Below are positions 48,593 through 55,573 of a DNA stretch of 64,000 bases, in pieces. The stretch lies in assembly GCA_002070475.1 (NCBI GenBank), contig MWDI01000023.1, positions 27,567 through 91,566 of the forward strand, given 5' to 3'. The notes beneath the pieces were generated by a model. That model made no database searches. It had not been told where the DNA came from and was given only the letters and a program-made list of their open reading frames with translations. A program made the translations under genes and the position numbers. Position 1 is the stretch's first letter. Every line of letters starts with the position of its first letter. The DNA is from Firmicutes bacterium ADurb.Bin146. GTDB taxonomy: Bacteria > Bacillota > Clostridia > DUPQ01.

Positions 48593-50995
48593 ATGATAGC
48601 AAAAGAAGGAACAATATTAAGATTGTTGGATGGAACAGATAAGAAATTTATCATTCCTGTCTATCAGAGACCATATAGTTGGAAAAAGAGCAACTGTAAG
48701 CTCCTTTTTCAGGATTTGATGACCACCTACCAAAAAGACTATGCCTCACATTTTTTTGGCAGTATTGTTTTTGTGGAAAACGATGTAGGCGGCTGCAATG
48801 AATATGTCATTATCGATGGTCAGCAGAGAATAACAACGGTTTCTCTGTTGCTTCTTGCTATCAGAAATTATGTTGTTGAAAAAGGGCTCTCCATTGACGG
48901 GATTAATCAGGAAAAAATAACAAAAGCATATCTTACTGATCAGTATGCTGCCGACGAAAAGAAACTAAAACTTAAACTGGTTCAAGGAGATGATGACGCA
49001 TACGACAGATTAATAGCTCAAAGTGAACCTATTGAAAACAACAATATTACTGTCAATTACGACTACTTTTATGAAGAACTTTCAAATTTGGACGAAGAAG
49101 ATTTGAAAGGTCTTTATAGTGCAATTACGCGCCTTGTAACAGTAAATATCAGCTTAAAGACGACAGATGGCGACGACCCACAGTTGATTTTTGAAAGTCT
49201 TAACTCCACCGGACGTGATCTTGAAGAATCAGATAAAATTCGCAATTATGTCTTGATGAAAATTGACTCAAAAAGGCAGGAAAAAGTCTATAAGAACTAC
49301 TGGGAGAAGTTAGAGAAAAAAATCAATAAAGAAGAATTAACCGGTTTTATTAGACACTATCTTGCTGTTAAAACGAGGGAGCTACCTGCTGAGGCGAAGC
49401 TGTACTTTGTTTTTAAATCGTATCGTGAAAAGAATGGGGCTTTGGAAATAGAAGACCTCCTTCAAGACATGCTGAAATATGCAGAATACTACCGAATTAT
49501 TAAAGGCGCAAAAATTGGAGATGCTGGTTATGTCGGCGCAATAGCAAGATTAAATAAACTCGACGTTAACACCGTTACTCCATTGTTATTTGATTTGTTC
49601 GAGGCACATTCTAACCCTGCACTTTTGTCTGATGACGAAATGAAGAAGGCAATCGAAATAATAGAAGCATTTATGATTCGAAGACTTATATGCGGATTGC
49701 CGACCTCTCCTCTTAACAAACTATTTGTATATACGGGGGATGAGATTGAAAAATACATGCAGGCGCAGCCCGATGCAAATTATCTCAGTGTTTTCATATA
49801 TGCAATAATGACTAAGACAGGAAAAAGCAGATTTCCAAATGAACATGACTTTGATGAAAAGTTTGTTTCATTTGAGTTATATAATGCGAAGTCCAGCGCG
49901 AGAAAGTTTATTCTTGAAAGACTCGAAAATTCAAAATCAAAGGAAAGAGTGGCTGTTGAAGATCAGCTTAACAATGGCGAGTTAACCATTGAACACATCA
50001 TGCCACAAACACTTACTGAAGAGTGGAAAAAATATCTCGGTTCTTCCTGGGAACTTATACATACCAAGTATTTGCATACTATAGGAAATCTGACCCTTAC
50101 CGCATACAATAGTGATTACAGCAATCTGTCCTTCGACAAGAAACTCAATATGCACGACAAAGGCATCAAATGCAGTAAGCTGATGCTTAATGAGGGATTG
50201 AAAAACTGTAGCAAATGGAACGAGAAGGCGATAAAAGAAAGGGGTGCCGAGATTCTTCAATGGGCAAAGACTATTTGGCCCGTTCCTGAAAATACATTCC
50301 AACCGAGCGTCGGAGAAGAATGGGTGTCTCTTGATGATGATACCGATTTTACAAACAAGACAGTTCTGAAGATGGTACTTTGCGGATCAGAATTAGCAAC
50401 CGACAACATAACGGATGCATATAAAAAATTCTGCAAAGAAATGTACACGCTTGATCCGCTGACTTTTGATAAAGTTTGTCCAAATTATCATGCAAGTTCA
50501 AAAGCAAAACTCAGATCGGCATTTGAACTTGGTGCAAACATGTACATTGAAACCAATCTAAGTTCCCAGTCCAAGATGTCAGCTATGAAGGAAATCTTTG
50601 AAGGAATGGGTTTCAATGCCGCAGACGATATTAAATTCCTTGTTCGTGGAAAGGGACAGCAAAAAGCAGAACTGAATCTTGAAGATGAAGATACATATAG
50701 AACTGTGCCTTGTGGAAACCTTGCCTATGAGATGTTCAAAAAACTTTTAACTGAACACCGTCTTTCAGATAAAGACATAGAACGTCTTATGGACAAGGGG
50801 TATTGCAGATCAACATTTTACCAGGTTGTTTACCCAGCCATGGCATATTCAAGAGATGCAAATATGGGAAACAGCGACAAGTTCAGATATTATGCTGCAC
50901 CGGTAACTGTTGATGGAGTGGATTACTATATTTCCAGTCAATGGTTTGATGAAAGTCGTGAGACATTAATAGATTGGTATAAAAAGCATAAGTAA
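48593..50995 (+). CDS. GmrSD-family type IV (modification-dependent) restriction enzyme: DUF262 + DUF1524/HNH, with ~240-aa C-terminal extension
   Basis: DUF262 motifs IPVYQRPYSW and IIDGQQRITT. DUF1524 motifs LTIEHIMPQT and IGNLTLTAYNSDYSN. I do not recognise residues ~560-800. Confidence 0.8.
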   Translation: MIAKEGTILRLLDGTDKKFIIPVYQRPYSWKKSNCKLLFQDLMTTYQKDYASHFFGSIVFVENDVGGCNEYVIIDGQQRITTVSLLLLAIRNYVVEKGLSIDGINQEKITKAYLTDQYAADEKKLKLKLVQGDDDAYDRLIAQSEPIENNNITVNYDYFYEELSNLDEEDLKGLYSAITRLVTVNISLKTTDGDDPQLIFESLNSTGRDLEESDKIRNYVLMKIDSKRQEKVYKNYWEKLEKKINKEELTGFIRHYLAVKTRELPAEAKLYFVFKSYREKNGALEIEDLLQDMLKYAEYYRIIKGAKIGDAGYVGAIARLNKLDVNTVTPLLFDLFEAHSNPALLSDDEMKKAIEIIEAFMIRRLICGLPTSPLNKLFVYTGDEIEKYMQAQPDANYLSVFIYAIMTKTGKSRFPNEHDFDEKFVSFELYNAKSSARKFILERLENSKSKERVAVEDQLNNGELTIEHIMPQTLTEEWKKYLGSSWELIHTKYLHTIGNLTLTAYNSDYSNLSFDKKLNMHDKGIKCSKLMLNEGLKNCSKWNEKAIKERGAEILQWAKTIWPVPENTFQPSVGEEWVSLDDDTDFTNKTVLKMVLCGSELATDNITDAYKKFCKEMYTLDPLTFDKVCPNYHASSKAKLRSAFELGANMYIETNLSSQSKMSAMKEIFEGMGFNAADDIKFLVRGKGQQKAELNLEDEDTYRTVPCGNLAYEMFKKLLTEHRLSDKDIERLMDKGYCRSTFYQVVYPAMAYSRDANMGNSDKFRYYAAPVTVDGVDYYISSQWFDESRETLIDWYKKHK

Positions 50996-51033
50996 TAATT
51001 TATAAGGGATTAGGTTAAAGGAGGAACACTTCG

Positions 51034-52920
51034 GTGGCAACAGGACGATCATTCGCAGAATTTGTAAAAATCAAATGCTTTGACGGCCTTTATGAGGCTG
51101 CCGAGAAGTATGTATCTGAAGACTCAGACTCGCTGGATTTGCGGACTCGCAATGTAAGAAGTATCGGTGAAGTCGAATTCGTGGATGCCTCCATACAGAG
51201 GGTTTATGTCCGTGACCTTCCGGGAATGAGGGTTGCCTTTGATGTCGGACTTGAACTGGAACTCTGTGTTCATGACGGTAACCACCGGACTGATGAATAT
51301 GACGAATGTAATCCGTGGATTCGTATCTCATGTGAAGGTGATTTATCAAAAGGCTTAGATGATTGGTCAATAAAAGATGTTGAGCCATATAATCCGAGAA
51401 CTACTCCACCTTTAAATTCCATGTCTGATGCCCTTGTTCCAGACATTCCGAAAGAACGGCTTGAAATCGTAGCAACAGAATTTTTAAAGGAATACTACCC
51501 CGAAGCGTTGAGAATTACTCCGCACGGGCAGACTCCGGTAAGTATTGACCCGACAGTTCTTGCAGAGCGTCTTGGATTAACGATTCTCAACAAGAGAATC
51601 CGTGAAGATGCTTCTGTGTTCGGGCAGCTTTATTTTGTGGATACCGAAGCAGAATTGTTTGATGCAAATGCGGGTGAAAACGTTCCGTGTCATATTAACG
51701 CAAAGACCATCGTTGTTGATCCGATGAATTTCCTTTTGCGGAATCTTGGTTCAGTGAATAATACTATCGTTCATGAATGCGTTCATTGGGTTAAACACAG
51801 AAAGGTCTTTGAACTTGAGAAACTGTTTAATGCAGATGCTTCATGTATCAGCTGTGAGGTTGTTGGCGGCGCAGCGGCAAAGGTCGCAAAACAAGCAACC
51901 GAACATATGGAACGACAGGCGAATCAGCTGACTCCGAGAATTCAGATGCCGGCGGCTCCGTTTAAGGCGAAAGCACAGGAGTACATAACCAAATTCATGC
52001 GGGAAATGAATGCCCGACATGAGAATGAGGTTATGGAAAGAGTCATCACAGCGTTGGAGACAGATTTTTGTGTTTCCAAACAGGCAGCTAAAATTCGTCT
52101 TGTAGAACTCGGGATTGATGAAGCTGTCGGCACATATACCTATCTTGATAACCACTATGTAAAGCCGCACAAATTCAGAAGAGGTTCCCTGGCAATAAAC
52201 CAAACGTTCTCTCTTTCTGCTCAAGATGCGGCTGTTGAGCGTTTTGTTAATCCGGAACTTCGCAAGCTGACTGAGAGTGGCGATTATCTTTTCCTTGATA
52301 ATCACTTCGTATATAATGCTCCTCTTTATGTTGAAGCGGACGAATACGGAAGATTGGATCTGACCGACTACGCCCGTTCTCATATGGATGAGTGCTGTCT
52401 TGTTTTCGATTTAAAGGTTACAAGTCGGGTAGGTACAGATTATCATACTGCTTGCTATCTTAATCGTGAACCGAGCGACATAACCTTTGAGGTAAAATTC
52501 CATAACGGCTATCAGAATGCACCCCAGGAACGCCAGGTTGCTTTGAGAAAAAGACAGCTGGAAGAGTGGATGGAGATTCGAGGCAAGATGACAGACGATC
52601 AGAAACAGTGTATGCAGCTTCTTCTTGATTGGCGTGGTATGAAATGCACCGAACTTGCTGATGCTATTGATGTTGATGAAAGAACTATAAGAAGAATAAA
52701 AGACGGTGACAATGCACCAAAGTTTACCACAGCTATTAGGATATGTTTCGCACTAAAGCTACCCCCAATGCTTAGCGAAAAACTTCTTGATGTATTTGGA
52801 TGTAAATTGATGCCGATGAACCAAGACCATCAGTGGATCAAAGAGGCTCTTGTTCTAAAATATCCGGAGTCATACGATGCCGCAGCAGAGTGGCTTCGTA
52901 TGTTTGGAGTAGAAATTTAA
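51034..52920 (+). CDS. ImmA/IrrE-family zinc metallopeptidase fused to a C-terminal XRE-type HTH, with a large unknown N-terminal region
   Basis: HExxH motif IVHECVHWVKH at about aa 255. C-terminal HTH MKCTELADAIDVDERTIRRIKDG. GTG start 8 nt after AAAGGAGG. Confidence 0.65.
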   Translation: MATGRSFAEFVKIKCFDGLYEAAEKYVSEDSDSLDLRTRNVRSIGEVEFVDASIQRVYVRDLPGMRVAFDVGLELELCVHDGNHRTDEYDECNPWIRISCEGDLSKGLDDWSIKDVEPYNPRTTPPLNSMSDALVPDIPKERLEIVATEFLKEYYPEALRITPHGQTPVSIDPTVLAERLGLTILNKRIREDASVFGQLYFVDTEAELFDANAGENVPCHINAKTIVVDPMNFLLRNLGSVNNTIVHECVHWVKHRKVFELEKLFNADASCISCEVVGGAAAKVAKQATEHMERQANQLTPRIQMPAAPFKAKAQEYITKFMREMNARHENEVMERVITALETDFCVSKQAAKIRLVELGIDEAVGTYTYLDNHYVKPHKFRRGSLAINQTFSLSAQDAAVERFVNPELRKLTESGDYLFLDNHFVYNAPLYVEADEYGRLDLTDYARSHMDECCLVFDLKVTSRVGTDYHTACYLNREPSDITFEVKFHNGYQNAPQERQVALRKRQLEEWMEIRGKMTDDQKQCMQLLLDWRGMKCTELADAIDVDERTIRRIKDGDNAPKFTTAIRICFALKLPPMLSEKLLDVFGCKLMPMNQDHQWIKEALVLKYPESYDAAAEWLRMFGVEI

Positions 52921-52935
52921 AAAATTCAAAAAATA

Positions 52936-52965
52936 TTTTTGCTAAAAACGGACATTGAATGTCCG
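52936..52965. repeat. Left copy of inverted repeat: TTTTTGCTAAAAA + palindrome CGGACATTGAATGTCCG
   Basis: 7-bp perfect hairpin arms. The reverse complement of 54279-54308 matches with one core mismatch and two flank indels. It reads as a minus-strand (leftward) terminator. Confidence 0.75.
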
Positions 52966-52976
52966 AATTAAAATAT

Positions 52977-53007
52977 CGTCTCTTCCCAAAGGAAGGGACG
53001 ATTTTTT
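52977..53007 (+). terminator. Intrinsic terminator ending the defence operon
   Basis: CGUCUCUUCC-CAAA-GGAAGGGACG hairpin followed by AUUUUUU. Confidence 0.8.
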
Positions 53008-53028
53008 ACTCTGTAAAATGTACTGCAA

Positions 53029-53072
53029 CAATACAATATTGTATTGACACAATACATTATTTCTGCTATACT
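53029..53072 (+). promoter_or_regulatory. Promoter with overlapping palindromic operator
   Basis: 18-bp perfect palindrome CAATACAATATTGTATTG (53029-53046) overlaps -35 TTGACA (53044-53049). A third half-site CAATACA lies at 53050-53056. -10 TATACT at 53067-53072 (17-nt spacer). Confidence 0.65.
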
Positions 53073-53101
53073 TTGATCATAAACTCAGGGAGGTTATGAT
53101 T

Positions 53102-53890
53102 ATGGAACAACTGAAGCTTACAGAGGAAGAAAAATTGGAGTACCTTAAAAAGATTGAGTGTACAACAAAAGAAGATCTTCTGAAAAAAATAGAGAAGAAA
53201 ATAAAGCGATATGAAAAGGAAGCGGATGAAAATTTAAAGTATCCAAAACAATATTATGCATTAATGATTGTGACTCTTACTGCTTTTTATGAGAAAGTAA
53301 AAGTGTCAGTACTCTTTGATAGTCTTCCAGACTATTGGGCATATTATTTGGAATATGGATATGACGAGTTTTCTGTAAATCTATATCATATGTCATCGTT
53401 TGAAGTTGATGAGGATATGGCAATCAGAAAGAGTAAAGTTGATGCAATCTATAAGTTGATTGTTGTAAAACCTATTTCATTTACAGTGGAACAATATTCA
53501 AAAATTTACGAAGTGGAACAAGGCACCGTACGACAATGGATTAGAAGAGGAAAACTTAGAACGGCATTCAAAGCCGGTACAGAATGGAAAATACCAGAGT
53601 TAACACCCCCACCTTCACGTGGATATGAAGGCGCACAGTACAAGTGGATTAACGGGGTAGATAATCTTCCTGATGAGTACCAGTTTTTGAACGATTATGT
53701 CATTGCGACATTTTATCAAGATCAGAAAGACAGAAGTAAATATCATGTTCTTCTTGTTGCGAAGGAAGCATTTTTTGATGAAAACTATAGTAAGAATAAA
53801 GAATTGCTTCTTGATGCAAAAGAACGTGAAAAGCTGGAGCTGTTTATGATTGCTCACCCTCAAATTAAATATTGTGGTTTAGTGATATAA
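53102..53890 (+). CDS. Hypothetical protein with excisionase/MerR-like HTH (HTH_17-like) segment
   Basis: FTVEQYSKIYEVEQGTVRQWIRRGKLRTAFKAGTEWKIPE resembles excisionase-type HTH. I do not recognise the rest. Start at ATG 53102, 8 nt after GGGAGG. Confidence 0.5.
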   Translation: MEQLKLTEEEKLEYLKKIECTTKEDLLKKIEKKIKRYEKEADENLKYPKQYYALMIVTLTAFYEKVKVSVLFDSLPDYWAYYLEYGYDEFSVNLYHMSSFEVDEDMAIRKSKVDAIYKLIVVKPISFTVEQYSKIYEVEQGTVRQWIRRGKLRTAFKAGTEWKIPELTPPPSRGYEGAQYKWINGVDNLPDEYQFLNDYVIATFYQDQKDRSKYHVLLVAKEAFFDENYSKNKELLLDAKEREKLELFMIAHPQIKYCGLVI

Positions 53891-53901
53891 GGAGGGCTTA
53901 A

Positions 53902-54102
53902 ATGAAAGAAGACTTTCCTTATGCAGTATGCTGCAGTAGCTGCGGCACCCTTCTTAGCAGATCTTTTACTGGAACACGTAGTTTTACGCATTGCCCAAAG
54001 TGTGGTGCCGAACTATTCTACGAGGTTGGAGAAAATGGTCCGTATATAAAAATGATAAAGGAGCCCAAGTCGCCACCAAGAGTTTCCGAGATTCCTGCTT
54101 AA
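53902..54102 (+). CDS. Small zinc-ribbon protein
   Basis: 66 aa with CSSC...CPKC pairs. GGAGGG RBS. 11 nt after the upstream stop. Confidence 0.5.
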   Translation: MKEDFPYAVCCSSCGTLLSRSFTGTRSFTHCPKCGAELFYEVGENGPYIKMIKEPKSPPRVSEIPA

Positions 54103-54207
54103 TTAAATATGTAATGCATGAGTGTGAATTTGGCGCGAACCATCAAGACAACCTTGCGTGAAACAAACCAACTGAAGCTTTGAATTCAGCATGAACTGAA
54201 AAGAAGG

Positions 54208-54265
54208 CCGGTAGGTAGCTTGTCCCTTATGGGGATAGTCTATCTATCGGTCTTTTTTGTTTTTT
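54208..54265 (+). terminator. Intrinsic terminator after the two-gene cassette
   Basis: CCGGUAGGUAG...CUAUCUAUCGG stem (G-U pairs) with an inner UCCC/GGGA extension, followed by UCUUUUUUGUUUUU. Confidence 0.75.
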
Positions 54266-54278
54266 ACGGGGTTTTGAC

Positions 54279-54308
54279 CGGACATTCGATGTCCGTTTTG
54301 CAAAAAAA
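54279..54308. repeat. Right copy of inverted repeat: palindrome CGGACATTCGATGTCCG + TTTTGCAAAAAAA
   Basis: Mirror image of 52936-52965. It reads as a plus-strand (rightward) hairpin plus U-tract. Confidence 0.75.
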
Positions 54309-54558
54309 TCCTGTGGTATTTTATCTGTAGGTTAGCCGAAAGGCAGCCAAATATATTATCTCACAGTCCGAGATGGCCATTAGGACGATGGGATGCATAG
54401 AAAGTTCAGAAGGCAACGATAACGGTTGCCTTTGGAATGATAATGCACCTCACCGTTAGTTTCGCATACCCATTTTTGGGCTAATGGCATCTGCAGACTT
54501 CATATAACGGACTTTCATGCGTCCCACCGTACCTTGCCACGGACGGAAAGGAAAACGT

Positions 54559-55086
54559 ATGAAACTTAGAATCCGTTACGAGAACGAATTGCAGATCCTT
54601 GAGCTGAATGCTGAGGATACCGAAAAACTGTGGGTCAGCCTGTCCCTTGAAGGCGAAGGGCTTTCCCAAGACGAAAAAGAGCAGCTTATCCAGGACACCT
54701 GGGAGGAGCGCTTCAACAAGCCGGAGTATAACAACTGGCACAAAGAAACCAGGCACATTGGACTTTCCAAGGCAAAGCCGGGAAAGGACGAGGATGAAGA
54801 TGACGTTGATTCTTCAGAACCTCTTATGAGCGAAGTTTTCGATGACCGCATCTTCCGAAAAGACGAGCTGGAACGCAAAAAGCGTGAAGACTATGAGGAC
54901 TGGTGCGACCGTATCCGTGCAGCCATGAAACCGGACTATGCCGAAATGATTATTGCCATTCATCTTGACGGCATGGAACCGTGCGAGTACGCAGAGTCCA
55001 TCGGCGAAAAACCGAACACGCTGAACCACCGCCTGCAGAGGGCAGAGAAAAAATTCAAAGAAATTTTCCCGAGAACGTCCTTTTAA
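54559..55086 (+). CDS. Acidic phage protein with C-terminal sigma-70 region-4-like HTH
   Basis: C-terminal MIIAIHLDGMEPCEYAESIGEKPNTLNHRLQRAEKKFKEIF resembles region 4 HTH. Start ATG 54559 after GGAAAGGAAA. Confidence 0.45.
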   Translation: MKLRIRYENELQILELNAEDTEKLWVSLSLEGEGLSQDEKEQLIQDTWEERFNKPEYNNWHKETRHIGLSKAKPGKDEDEDDVDSSEPLMSEVFDDRIFRKDELERKKREDYEDWCDRIRAAMKPDYAEMIIAIHLDGMEPCEYAESIGEKPNTLNHRLQRAEKKFKEIFPRTSF

Positions 55087-55092
55087 GGCATC

Positions 55093-55133
55093 TCCCGAGG
55101 CTACCAGATAGAGGGTAACCTCGGGAATTTTTT
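55093..55133 (+). terminator. Intrinsic terminator between the regulator-like gene and the replication module
   Basis: Perfect 8-bp stem UCCCGAGG / CCUCGGGA, 18-nt loop, then AAUUUUUU. Confidence 0.65.
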
Positions 55134-55150
55134 ATAAGGAGGAAGTTGAT

Positions 55151-55573
55151 TTGAACGAAGATTTCAAAAATGCAGAAGGCTACCTCGATTTGACACCGTA
55201 TGAGGCTATGAAAAATATGGAAGACAGAACAAGACCACCGTTCATGCCGCTCATTTATATCTGCAGTCCGTACTCATCGAATCCGGAAGCTAACACCAAA
55301 CGCGCAAGGGAGTTCTGCCGTTTCGCACTTGACCACGGAAGGATACCTCTTGCTCCGCATCTTATGTTTCCGCAGTTCATGTCGGATACAGACCCAACGG
55401 AGCGTGACCTTGCTCTTTTCATGGATATCGTCCTTATGGGCAAGTGCCAGGAACTGTGGGTTCTCGGAAACGAAGTGTCCGCCGGAATGGCTATCGAGAT
55501 CGAAAAAGCACAAAAACGTAGACAGCGTGTCCGTTATTTCAACCCCGACTTTGAGGAGGTGGAATCGTTATGA
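55151..55573 (+). CDS. DUF4406 / nucleoside 2-deoxyribosyltransferase-like protein
   Basis: 140 aa. The pattern IYICSPYSS...A...L..G.IPLAPHL.F......ER...L..D..L...C.ELWVLG...S.GM..EI resembles DUF4406. TTG start 8 nt after AAGGAGG. Confidence 0.45.
   Translation: MNEDFKNAEGYLDLTPYEAMKNMEDRTRPPFMPLIYICSPYSSNPEANTKRAREFCRFALDHGRIPLAPHLMFPQFMSDTDPTERDLALFMDIVLMGKCQELWVLGNEVSAGMAIEIEKAQKRRQRVRYFNPDFEEVESL

Noticed and set aside
54481-55086. Overlapping ORFs 54481-54756(-), 54576-54878(-), 54608-54829(+) and 54814-55029(-)
   Set aside because: All overlap the RBS-linked 54559-55086 plus-strand gene and have no starts with RBS. Treated as frame shadows.
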